Shown here in pieces: positions 39,357 to 48,793 of a stretch of 64,000 nucleotides of DNA. A program made the position numbers and the translations under genes. The notes below the pieces were generated by a model. That model saw only the letters and a list, made by a program, of their open reading frames with translations. It did no database searches and was not told the DNA's origin. The DNA comes from an uncultured Methanobrevibacter sp. (GTDB taxonomy: Archaea; Methanobacteriota; Methanobacteria; Methanobacteriales; Methanobacteriaceae): assembly GCF_902785855.1 (NCBI RefSeq), contig NZ_CADAAJ010000001.1. One strand, given 5' to 3'. The first letter of the stretch is position 1. Each line of letters begins with the position of its first letter.

Positions 39357-40658
39357 TTATTCAAAATTTCTCTCATCAATTACACGAACAGCTTTTCCTT
39401 CACTTCTAGGTAATGATTCTGGTTCACAGATGGTAACATCGACTCTAAGACCGGTCTCTGATCTAATTGATGCTTTTATTTGTTTTTCAACTCTTTCCAT
39501 TTCTTTCATTTCATCAGAGAATAATTCTTTTGTTGCTTCTACTTTAACTTCAACTTCATCTAAAATATCTGGTCTTGTTACATGAATCATGTAATTAGGA
39601 CTAATTCCTTTGATTTTAAGTAATGCTTTTTCAATTTGTGATGGGAACACCATAACCCCTTTAATTTTCAACATGTCGTCACTTCTACCTGTGATTCTAG
39701 TCATTCTAACGGTAGTTCTTCCACATTCACATTTTTCATTGTTAAGTGAAGTTAAATCTTTTGTTCTAAATCTTAAAATAGGCATTCCAGTTTTGGTAAG
39801 GGAAGTTAATACTAATTCTCCTTTTTCACCATAATCTAATGTTTCACCAGTTTCAGAATCAATTATTTCTGGATAAAAATGGTCATCTTGTATGTGCATT
39901 CCATCTTGCTGTGAGCATTCTTGAGCAACACCGGGGCCCATAACTTCAGTTAAACCATAAATATTGTGTGTTTTAATTCCAAGGGAGGTTTCAATTCTTT
40001 TTCTCATTTCATTGGTCCACATTTCAGCTCCATGGATACCAGCTTTTAAATTAATATCATCTAGGGAAATTCCTGCTTTTTCTCTTGATTCTCCAAGATA
40101 CATTGCATATGATGGAGTACAAGTTAGAATATCACTTTGAAAATCAATCATGGTATCGAGTTGTCTTTTTGTATTTCCTGCTGAGATAGGAATTGTAATT
40201 GCACCCATTTTATTTCCACCGTGGTGAATACCAAATCCTCCAGTAAATAATCCGTATCCGTATGCATTTTGAATAATGTATTCTTTTTTCGCACCTGCCA
40301 TTTTTAATCCACGTGCAATACATTCTCCCCAAATTTCTAAGTCATTTTGAGTGTATGCAGTAACAGTTGGTTTTCCGGTTGTTCCTGAAGATGCATGAAC
40401 TTCCACGATTTCTTCACGAGGCACAGCCAAAAGTCCTAATGGGTATGCTTCTCTTAAATCACTTTTTGTGGTAAATGGAATTTTCTCTATGTCTTTTAAT
40501 GTTTTAATATCTTCTGGTTTTAAACCAATTTCGTCAAATCGGTTTTTATAAAACTCTACATTTTCATATGCAAGTTTTACAGTTTTTTGTAATCTTTCAA
40601 GTTGAATTTTTTCTTTTTCTTTATTATCCATACATTCTATTTCTTTGTTCCAAAACAT
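39357..40658 (-). CDS. Phenylacetate--CoA ligase family (PaaK/coenzyme F390 synthetase-like)
   Basis: The [13 protein letters not shown]-binding motif, YGLTE and the overall 433-aa PaaK architecture are present. Confidence 0.88.
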   Translation of the reverse strand: MFWNKEIECMDNKEKEKIQLERLQKTVKLAYENVEFYKNRFDEIGLKPEDIKTLKDIEKIPFTTKSDLREAYPLGLLAVPREEIVEVHASSGTTGKPTVTAYTQNDLEIWGECIARGLKMAGAKKEYIIQNAYGYGLFTGGFGIHHGGNKMGAITIPISAGNTKRQLDTMIDFQSDILTCTPSYAMYLGESREKAGISLDDINLKAGIHGAEMWTNEMRKRIETSLGIKTHNIYGLTEVMGPGVAQECSQQDGMHIQDDHFYPEIIDSETGETLDYGEKGELVLTSLTKTGMPILRFRTKDLTSLNNEKCECGRTTVRMTRITGRSDDMLKIKGVMVFPSQIEKALLKIKGISPNYMIHVTRPDILDEVEVKVEATKELFSDEMKEMERVEKQIKASIRSETGLRVDVTICEPESLPRSEGKAVRVIDERNFE

Positions 40659-40914
40659 AGTATCCCTATTTAGTTTAATATGTTTAATATATTGATTATT
40701 AAATATAAAAGTTTAGTTGTTTGTTTATTTTTTTCATTAAATTTTGTTTAATATTTATAATTAGTAATTTTTAGATTAAGTTTGTTGCTTTAGCTTATAA
40801 TTTAATCTATTGTATGTATTTTAACTAATTGTAATTTTAAATTATTCTTTTAATTTAAAATAATAATATTTAAATAACTTTTTAATTAAATTAATTATTT
40901 AGAGGTAATTTTTT

Positions 40915-42522
40915 ATGGACGTAATGATTTTGACAATTATTTTTACAATTTATATTTTTGCGTTAATTTTTGTAGGTTATTATGCATACAAAAAAACAAA
41001 TTCCTCAGAAGATTTTATGATTGCAGGTAAAGATACTCATCCATTTATTATGGCAATGAGTTATGGGGCTACTTTTATCTCGACAGCAGCTATTGTTGGT
41101 TTTGGAGGAGTTGCTAGTGAATATGGGATGAGTGTATTATGGCTGGCCTTTTTAAATATTATTGTTGGTGTAATTATAGCATTTATATTTTTAGGAAAAA
41201 GGACACGCCGTATGGGTCACGCTCTTGGATCTCTTACTTTTCCTGAATTTTTAGGAAAACGTTTTAATTCAAAGTTTATTCATTATTCTTCCGGATTGAT
41301 TATTTTCTGTGCAATGCCTCTTTATGCGGCTGTAGTATTAATTGGGGCTGCAAGATTTCTTGAATCTTCCTTGTTAATTGATTTTAATATTGCTCTTTTA
41401 ATTTTATCTATAATTATTACATTTTATGTATTATTCGGTGGAATTCGTGGAGTAATGTATACTGATGCACTTCAAGGTACAATCATGGTTCTTGCAATGG
41501 TATTTTTACTTGTATTTGTATATTGGATGCTTGGTGGAGTTGATAACGCACATACTGCCTTAACAAATATGGTTAATTTATATCCTGCTGAGGCTATTAA
41601 AACGGGAGGTACTGGTTGGACGTCATTCCCAACGGTTGGATCTCCGTTCTGGTGGTCTTTAGTTTCATCTACATTAATTGGTGTAGGTATTGGGGTATTA
41701 GCTCAACCTTCATTAATAGTTCGATTTATGACTGTTAAATCAGATAAAGAATTAAATAGATCTGTTTTAATTGGAGGAATATTTATCGCAATCATGCCTA
41801 CTACTGCTTATATTGTAGGAGCATTATCAAATGTTTATTTCTATGATAAATTGGGTAAAATCGCAGTTGATGTTGTTGAGGGAAATATTGATAAGATTAT
41901 ACCAACTTTTATTACAATGGCATTGCCTGAATGGTTTGTATATATCTTTTTACTTTCATTAATTGCAGCAGCAATGTCAACAATATCTTCACAATTGCAT
42001 ACTCAAGGAACTGCATTTGGTGTAGATATATATGGTACTATCCGAGATAAATCAAAACAATTAGATCAGGTAAGTATTTCCAGATTAGGTATTTTAATTG
42101 CTATAATTTTAGCTCTTGTCATGGCATTTTCACTTCCGGGAAGTATAGTTGCACTTGGAACAAGTTTGTTCTTTGAAATATGTGCAGCAGCATTTTTACC
42201 AGTATTTTTAGGTGCACTTTACTGGAAGGGAATTACTCGTTTAGGAGCTATTGCAGGAATTTTATCCGGAACTGTTGTAAGTTTGTTCTGGTTAATTTTT
42301 GTATTTGCTAAGACTGCAACTGGACTTGGAATTTGTAAATTCATATTTGGTGTTGATACATTATTGTCTGCAGCACCATGGCCTTATATTGATGTGATGT
42401 TAATTGCTGTTCCAATATCTGCTATTTTCGTTATTGTAGTTAGTTTACTTACAAAACCTCCTGCTAATGAGGTTATTGATAATGCATTTAAAAACATAGA
42501 TAATAAAGGAAGTGAAGCATAA
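40915..42522 (+). CDS. Sodium:solute symporter family transporter
   Basis: The 535-aa polytopic protein has an SSF-like N-terminus YKKTNSSEDFMIAGK and GGIRGVMYTDALQG. Confidence 0.85.
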   Translation: MDVMILTIIFTIYIFALIFVGYYAYKKTNSSEDFMIAGKDTHPFIMAMSYGATFISTAAIVGFGGVASEYGMSVLWLAFLNIIVGVIIAFIFLGKRTRRMGHALGSLTFPEFLGKRFNSKFIHYSSGLIIFCAMPLYAAVVLIGAARFLESSLLIDFNIALLILSIIITFYVLFGGIRGVMYTDALQGTIMVLAMVFLLVFVYWMLGGVDNAHTALTNMVNLYPAEAIKTGGTGWTSFPTVGSPFWWSLVSSTLIGVGIGVLAQPSLIVRFMTVKSDKELNRSVLIGGIFIAIMPTTAYIVGALSNVYFYDKLGKIAVDVVEGNIDKIIPTFITMALPEWFVYIFLLSLIAAAMSTISSQLHTQGTAFGVDIYGTIRDKSKQLDQVSISRLGILIAIILALVMAFSLPGSIVALGTSLFFEICAAAFLPVFLGALYWKGITRLGAIAGILSGTVVSLFWLIFVFAKTATGLGICKFIFGVDTLLSAAPWPYIDVMLIAVPISAIFVIVVSLLTKPPANEVIDNAFKNIDNKGSEA

Positions 42523-42635
42523 TGACAGTTTTTGGAATTGAAGACCCTTGGATTTGGGGAGTATTTGTAGGAATTATCTTATCAACACTTTTCTGCATTA
42601 TTTATGGTGTGGTTAATTGGAATAATGGTGATTAA
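42522..42635 (+). CDS. Small membrane protein coupled to the symporter (not in the ORF track)
   Basis: The ATG shares a base with the symporter stop (ATAATG). It encodes the 37-aa MTVFGIEDPWIWGVFVGIILSTLFCIIYGVVNWNNGD with one transmembrane helix. Confidence 0.5.
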   Translation: MTVFGIEDPWIWGVFVGIILSTLFCIIYGVVNWNNGD

Positions 42636-42637
42636 AT

Positions 42638-42672
42638 AGAGTTATTTAAAAATAACTCTTTTCTTTTTTTTA
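42638..42672. terminator. 9-bp stem hairpin plus T-tract between convergent genes
   Basis: AGAGTTATT-TAAA-AATAACTCT is followed by TTTCTTTTTTTT. Confidence 0.45.
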
Positions 42673-44298
42673 AACTTTTATCATATATTGTATTATAGTG
42701 TATAATACGATAATAAAACTTAAAATAAATCCGATAGCTCCGAATAAAGGCATATCAAATAAAAGAGGCCCTTTATCTATTGTCATAACTAAAGAAGAAC
42801 CTATTATTAATGCTGAAGCAAATAAGAATAATACAATTTTATTTGTCATTTTATCGATTCTATCTACTTCAATTTTAAATATTAATTCTCCTCTTTCGAT
42901 TTTACGCATAGTTCTTGAGAGAAGTTTAGGTAAAGATTTAAGCATATGTTCATACATAATGAAACTATTCTTCTTATTTTTAAGGAACTTTTTAGGGTTC
43001 ATTTTCTCTTTTGCAAGTTGTTTGGCTACTGGTTGAATATAAATAAATACATCAATTTCGGGATCTAAATTTTGTGCAATTGCTTCAATCATTGAAACTC
43101 CTCTAGCCATTGTAACAAACTCATTTGGAAGTATAACATTATAACTTTGCATTACTGAAAGTAATTCGTCTAAAATTCCATTGAAGTGATTTAATTTAAC
43201 TCCGAAATATCTTCCAAATAAATCTTCTATGTCTCTTTTTAAGTTTTTAGTATCAACTGAATCATCCAATATTTCCATGTATATGAACTGATTGATTAAT
43301 CCGTCAATGTCTTTATCTGAGAATAAAATTAATAATTCGGCTAAATTACGTTTGAAATCTTCGTTTAAAACACCCACCATACCTAAATCAAGATAACAAA
43401 CTACATTTTCTTCTAAAATCATTAAATTTCCTGGATGTGGATCTCCATGGAAAAATCCGTCAATAAAAATTTGTTGGAAATAAGAACGGACAATGTAATC
43501 TGCTAAAAGTTTTTTGTCATACTCTTGACTGTCACTTTCATAAACATCAGATAATTTCGCACCTGCAATAAATTCCATAGTTAAAACTTTTGGGGTGGAA
43601 TAATCTTCATAGGATATTGGAACATGAATATTAGGTTGTCCTTCGAAGTTTGCTTCAAAACGTTTCATATTCATTAATTCATTGAAATAATCGATTTCTT
43701 TATGGATTGTGCGGTCAAATTCATCCATAACTCCTGGTAAATTTATCTTTTTTATTTGTGGGTTAAATTTATCTGCTTCCATTGCGATAAATTTCATAAT
43801 ATTCAAATCAAGGTCAATTTTATCACTTATACCTTTTTTCTGTATTTTTATAGCAACTCTTTCTCCTTCAGGCAATACTGCTTCATGAACTTGTCCAATT
43901 GATGCTGTTGCAAGGGGTTCTTTTGAAAAATCTTTAAATAACTTATTTATATCTCCTTTGAGTTCTTCTTCAATAATTTCTTTAACTTCTTCGAAACTTA
44001 CAGCAGGGTTGTCATCCTGTAATTTAGCAAGTTCTGTTGCTATTTTTTCTCCAACAACATCTGGTCTGGTACTCAACAATTGACCTAATTTAATAAATGT
44101 AGTTCCTAATTCCTGTAACATTAAACGTAATTTCTCAGGAATTTCATTATCTAATAATAATTCACTGCTTTCTTCATCTCTTAAAGGACTAAGTCTATTT
44201 CTTGCGGTTTGGCCTAAAATTTTATCAAAGCCATATTTTTTCATGGCTCTTCTAATTTCTCCTAATCTCTTTATTGTTTCTTTATCCATTTTAATCAC
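42670..44298 (-). CDS. ABC1/UbiB family atypical kinase
   Basis: ASIGQVHEA, FFHGDPHPGN and two C-terminal transmembrane helices are present. Confidence 0.88.
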   Translation of the reverse strand: MIKMDKETIKRLGEIRRAMKKYGFDKILGQTARNRLSPLRDEESSELLLDNEIPEKLRLMLQELGTTFIKLGQLLSTRPDVVGEKIATELAKLQDDNPAVSFEEVKEIIEEELKGDINKLFKDFSKEPLATASIGQVHEAVLPEGERVAIKIQKKGISDKIDLDLNIMKFIAMEADKFNPQIKKINLPGVMDEFDRTIHKEIDYFNELMNMKRFEANFEGQPNIHVPISYEDYSTPKVLTMEFIAGAKLSDVYESDSQEYDKKLLADYIVRSYFQQIFIDGFFHGDPHPGNLMILEENVVCYLDLGMVGVLNEDFKRNLAELLILFSDKDIDGLINQFIYMEILDDSVDTKNLKRDIEDLFGRYFGVKLNHFNGILDELLSVMQSYNVILPNEFVTMARGVSMIEAIAQNLDPEIDVFIYIQPVAKQLAKEKMNPKKFLKNKKNSFIMYEHMLKSLPKLLSRTMRKIERGELIFKIEVDRIDKMTNKIVLFLFASALIIGSSLVMTIDKGPLLFDMPLFGAIGFILSFIIVLYTIIQYMIKV

Positions 44299-45780
44299 TT
44301 ATTTTTTTACTTTACATGTTTTTTTAACAACCAATGTTTTATAACTAGCTTGGTATTTAACTTTTTCCCCTACATTAAGATTTTTAAGAACGGATTTTTT
44401 AACAGTAGCTTTAGCAATACCTTTTTTGTTTGTTTTTGCTTTATATGTTATTCCATTGAATTTAAATTTAATTTTTGCTTTGTTTATTAATGTGTTTCCT
44501 TTTTTAAGTTTTGCTTTTAATGTGAGTTTTTTTGCTGATTTTTTAACTTTAATTGTTTTTAATGATAATACATAATAGTCAAACAAACAGTTTGTTGTAA
44601 CTGTACCATAGGTATCTCTACCACTTTTTGTTGCAGAGTTTTTTGAAAATACACAATTTTGAGCTTTTGCACAATGGACTTTATCTGATTTAGAAGTTAC
44701 AAATCCATATATTGCTCCTCCTTTGTTTGCGGTATTTTTTGTAAATTTTGAATTTTCAATTAAATTGGAATAATATTTTATGTCTGAAACCCATTTTCCA
44801 CCAACATATTTTCCGCTTTGTTCGTGGCATTTAAAGTAAACCGCACCACCATTTTTTAAAGCTGTGTTTTTGGTAAAAATGGAATTGTGAATATATAAAT
44901 CTTTATTTCCGAATACTGCACCACCCATTTCACCAGCTTGGTTTGAACTAAATGTAGATGAATTAATGTCTATATTACCGAATGCATAAATTGCTCCACC
45001 ACCACGACCATTTGCTTTATTATTTTTAAAAGTACAATCAATAATTGATTCTGTTAGAAATTTAATTTCAATATTCATTAATATTGGAAGTATAAATTCC
45101 ATATCTCCAATAACAGTTTGGTTTTGGTAATAATTATTATATATTTGAACAGCACCGGCTGGAGATAAACATAAAATTGCTCCTCCATCTCCATCAGCTG
45201 TATTTCCATTAAATATTGAATCTTTAACTTGTAAATGTCCTACTGAATTAATTGCACCACCACAATATTTCGCATAATTGTTTGTAAATGTACAGTTTTT
45301 TACAATTAAATTACCATAATTAAATATTGCTCCACCGTATAATTCAGTTTTACCATTTATGAAGTTTATATTTTTTAAAACAACTTGTGTATTTATAATT
45401 TTACCAAAGTTAATCATAAATATTCTGGATTGGGATAATCCATTTAGAGTATGTCCATTACCCTCAATAGTTATGTCTTTAGTTAGTATTATTCCAAATT
45501 TATTAAGTTTTCCACTATATGTATAATCTTTATCTAGTGTTATTGTAGATCCTGCAGGAGCTAAATTAATCACATGCTGTAATTCTTCAAATGTTCCGGG
45601 GTTTGTATTGACTATTTCCTTTTGTGATGATGTAATTATTTCATCATCAGTATTTTCAACAATTTGAGTATCGTCACTGCTAGTTATCATCGTAGTATTT
45701 ACATCACTAGCACTAACACTTGTTATACTAAATAATATGAAAATAACACAAATTATTATTAAACCTTCTTTTATTTTCAT
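44299..45780 (-). CDS. Adhesin-like protein (PbH1 repeats plus C-terminal Lys-rich Ig-like module)
   Basis: It has the signal peptide IICVIFILFSITSVSASD, GGAI(Y/F) rungs, and a C-terminal FKFNGITYKAKTNKKGIAKATVKK. Its stop directly abuts the start of the UbiB-like gene. Confidence 0.8.
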   Translation of the reverse strand: MKIKEGLIIICVIFILFSITSVSASDVNTTMITSSDDTQIVENTDDEIITSSQKEIVNTNPGTFEELQHVINLAPAGSTITLDKDYTYSGKLNKFGIILTKDITIEGNGHTLNGLSQSRIFMINFGKIINTQVVLKNINFINGKTELYGGAIFNYGNLIVKNCTFTNNYAKYCGGAINSVGHLQVKDSIFNGNTADGDGGAILCLSPAGAVQIYNNYYQNQTVIGDMEFILPILMNIEIKFLTESIIDCTFKNNKANGRGGGAIYAFGNIDINSSTFSSNQAGEMGGAVFGNKDLYIHNSIFTKNTALKNGGAVYFKCHEQSGKYVGGKWVSDIKYYSNLIENSKFTKNTANKGGAIYGFVTSKSDKVHCAKAQNCVFSKNSATKSGRDTYGTVTTNCLFDYYVLSLKTIKVKKSAKKLTLKAKLKKGNTLINKAKIKFKFNGITYKAKTNKKGIAKATVKKSVLKNLNVGEKVKYQASYKTLVVKKTCKVKK

Positions 45781-46003
45781 AAATTACACCTATTATTAAT
45801 TATATTACCTTTAATATTATTAAGTTTTGTATTAATATTTCGTAATATGTTTTAGTAATTTTTTTAATATTGAATTTTTTTTACAGATTGAAAAGAAAAT
45901 ATTTAATACTATTATTTTTATAATTAAATAATGTGTATTTGAGAATTTATGTTAAATTATGTTTTTATTAAAAATTCTCAAAATTGTGTTAAAGAGGTAT
46001 AAT

Positions 46004-47842
46004 ATGGATAAAAGTAATTTTAAAAATATTTTCGAAATCATGAAAAGTGATTCGAGAGCTACAGCCGCAAATCCAGTTGTTATAATTGTAATAATTGGGA
46101 TAATTATTTTACCATCTATGTATGCACTTTTAAATATTCAAGCATGTTGGGATCCATATGGAAATACTGGGGATGTTTATTTTGCTATTGCAAATTTAGA
46201 TAATGGGTCTACATTTGATGATAATTATATAAATGTGGGTAATGAATTAGTCAAGGAATTGGAAAAGAATGATAAATTTAAATGGACTTTTGTTTCTGAA
46301 GAAGAGCTGCGTAATGGGGTTCATGATGGGGATTATTATGCAGGTATTGTAATTCCTAAAAATCTGACGGAAGATATTCTTTCAATAACATCTGATGATC
46401 CTCATCAAGCTAAATTAGAATATCTTGTTAATATGAAAGCAAATCCCGTTGGTGCTAAATTAACTGATTCTGGTTCTAATGCAGTTTATTTGGCTTTAAA
46501 TGCTAAGATTGTTGAAATTATAAATCTTGCAGCTTATGGTAAATTAGGTGAATTGCAAGATGGTCTTTCTTCAGGTGCAAGTCAATTAGCTGGTGGTGGA
46601 ACTTTACTTGCGGCGGGTGCTGATCAGGTGGCTTCTGGTGCTGGTCAAGTTGCTGATGGTGCTAGTCAGGTTAGTAGTGGTTCGTCTCAAGTTAAAAATG
46701 GGGCATCTAAAGTTCAAAAAGGTACTTCTGCTGTTAATGATGGTGCAAGTAAAGTTAAACAAGGTTCATCTGATGTAAAATCAGGTTCTAAACAAGTTCA
46801 AAAAGGTTCTGAAGAGTTACAATCAGTTGTTGACCCATCATTAATGCCTGATGGGCCTATAAAAGAATATGTTCAAAGTAGCTCGAAACTTGCAGATGGT
46901 AGTGGTCAAGTTGCTGATGGTGCTAGTCAATTGGCAGGGGGTTCACTTGCTCTTGCAACAGGGTCATCTAAATTAGCTAATGGTTCTAGTCAGGTTGCGG
47001 GTGGTGCTAGTCAGTTAGCTGATGGTTCTGTTGAATTAGCAGAAGGTTCTTTAGCTCTTGCTGCAGGTTCACAATTACTTTCAAATGCTGCAACTCAGGC
47101 ATTATTTGCAGCTGCCGCAGCATTATCTTCTTCTGCAGATGCGCTTTCTGCAGTAACAGGTATTAATGAAACAATTCTGGGGGATTATTTCTATTCTCCA
47201 GTTAAATTGGATAGACATGAATTATTTTCAGTACCTGATTATGGATCTCAAGTAGCTCCATTTTACATTGCTTTATCTATGTGGGTTGGTGCTTTAATTA
47301 CATGTGCTATGGTAAAACCTGGTACTGGTAAGGGAACTAAATATACTCCTCTTGAAATGTATTTTGGTAGATTGGTATTGTTTTTATTTATTGGTTTCTG
47401 TCAATGTCTTATTACAGTTATGGGAGCAAATCTTTTAGGCATTTATGTTGTTAATCCATTATTATTTATATTGTCGTCATTTTTTGTGGCGTTAGTATTT
47501 ATGGTATTTATGTATTCTTTAGTATCTGCTTTGGGAGAAGTTGGAAAAGCTATTGCAGTTATTCTTTTAGTTATTCAGATATCGGGAACTGGTGGTATTT
47601 ATCCTGTTGAAATTATGGCTGACTTTTTCCAATTAATGAATCCGTATTTGCCAATGACGTATGCAATAACGCTAATACGGGAAGCACAATTAGGTTTAGT
47701 TTGGTCTAATTATTTACCGGCTTTAATCTTGCTTACAGCTATTATTGTAGTTACAATGGTTGTCATGATTATTGTTAAAATTAGAGCAGATAATGCGGCA
47801 CATTACTTCGAAAGACGTTTAGAAGATAGTGGTTTATTCTAG
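46004..47842 (+). CDS. YhgE/Pip domain membrane protein
   Basis: ATG 46004 is preceded by AGAGG. Motifs LPSMYALLNIQACWDPYGNT and central GASQVADG-type repeats are present. The C-terminus is polytopic and ABC-2-like. Confidence 0.8.
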   Translation: MDKSNFKNIFEIMKSDSRATAANPVVIIVIIGIIILPSMYALLNIQACWDPYGNTGDVYFAIANLDNGSTFDDNYINVGNELVKELEKNDKFKWTFVSEEELRNGVHDGDYYAGIVIPKNLTEDILSITSDDPHQAKLEYLVNMKANPVGAKLTDSGSNAVYLALNAKIVEIINLAAYGKLGELQDGLSSGASQLAGGGTLLAAGADQVASGAGQVADGASQVSSGSSQVKNGASKVQKGTSAVNDGASKVKQGSSDVKSGSKQVQKGSEELQSVVDPSLMPDGPIKEYVQSSSKLADGSGQVADGASQLAGGSLALATGSSKLANGSSQVAGGASQLADGSVELAEGSLALAAGSQLLSNAATQALFAAAAALSSSADALSAVTGINETILGDYFYSPVKLDRHELFSVPDYGSQVAPFYIALSMWVGALITCAMVKPGTGKGTKYTPLEMYFGRLVLFLFIGFCQCLITVMGANLLGIYVVNPLLFILSSFFVALVFMVFMYSLVSALGEVGKAIAVILLVIQISGTGGIYPVEIMADFFQLMNPYLPMTYAITLIREAQLGLVWSNYLPALILLTAIIVVTMVVMIIVKIRADNAAHYFERRLEDSGLF

Positions 47843-47880
47843 AAGTTTTTTTTAACTTCTACTTTTTTTCTTTTTTTTTT
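47841..47880 (+). terminator. Hairpin plus long T-tracts
   Basis: AGAAGTT-TTTTTT-AACTTCT is followed by T runs. Confidence 0.4.
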
Positions 47881-47919
47881 AAAATTAATTGGTGATGGTT
47901 TGGGTGTGTTAATAAAATT

Positions 47920-48198
47920 TTATAATCCTAATGCTTCAAGCATGGATTGAACACCTAAAATAATAATAGCTACTCCACCGAATATTTCGATATAATCAGC
48001 ATATTTAATAGCTACTTTTGTTCCGTAGGTACCAAGTAATAACCAGATTACTACAGCAATTAAACTTAATATACTTAAAATAATAGGATCAACATGTGCT
48101 ACAGCACCTTGTGATGCTAAAATAAGGTTTTCTATGTTTCCAAAAATAAGTAAACCAGTAAATGGAGCATAATCTTTTAAATTAACCATTTTATTCAC
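47920..48198 (-). CDS. Small 3-TM membrane protein, paralog B
   Basis: The 92-aa product shares the motif FGNIENLILASQG with its neighbour. The C-terminal helix IFGGVAIIILGVQSMLEA is reminiscent of MntP/LysE-superfamily half-repeats, but this is weak. Confidence 0.6.
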   Translation of the reverse strand: MNKMVNLKDYAPFTGLLIFGNIENLILASQGAVAHVDPIILSILSLIAVVIWLLLGTYGTKVAIKYADYIEIFGGVAIIILGVQSMLEALGL

Positions 48199-48487
48199 TT
48201 CCTTTTGTTTCTTTTATATGTTTAACTGCTTCAAAAACAGATTGAAGACCTAATATAACAATTGCAAGCCCACCAATAAATGTGATGTGTCTTGAATATT
48301 CCATTGCAAGATCAGTTGCTACAAATCCGATAAATAACCAAATTATCACAACAATGATACTTAACAGTCCTAAAACCTTTGGATTAACACCATTAACAAC
48401 ACCTTGTGATGCTAAAATAAGGTTTTCTATATTTCCAAATATAATCAATCCTATAAAAGGTATATATTGTTCTAACAAATTTATCAC
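48191..48487 (-). CDS. Small 3-TM membrane protein, paralog A
   Basis: The 98-aa product overlaps paralog B by 8 nt. It has the same architecture and motif. Confidence 0.6.
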   Translation of the reverse strand: MINLLEQYIPFIGLIIFGNIENLILASQGVVNGVNPKVLGLLSIIVVIIWLFIGFVATDLAMEYSRHITFIGGLAIVILGLQSVFEAVKHIKETKGSE

Positions 48488-48793
48488 CTAATGTTTAATT
48501 TTACTTTTTTTATTATAAAAACTTATCTTTGTTAATTGATTATTTTTTAATTTTTTTGTATTATGCTGAATATTTTTTGAATAATATTGTTCTGAAATTT
48601 TATTTGGAGTTAATTATTGTTATTAATTATAATTTTACATAGTAATTTATTTATATGTCTTAGATATAATATAAAAGTGAGATTATTTTTTAAATAATCT
48701 TTTATAAACTTAAGCATTCTTAAATGCTTTTTTTTAAATAATTAATGGGGGAAGATTTTTATTAGATTCAAATATAAACTTGTATCAATTTTC

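Noticed and set aside
38956-39585. 209-aa plus-strand ORF spanning the ACT gene and the paaK 3' end
   Set aside because: It is antisense to two genes with clear domain motifs. Its product is Ser/Phe/Ile-rich and low-complexity, as expected from an AT-rich antisense frame.
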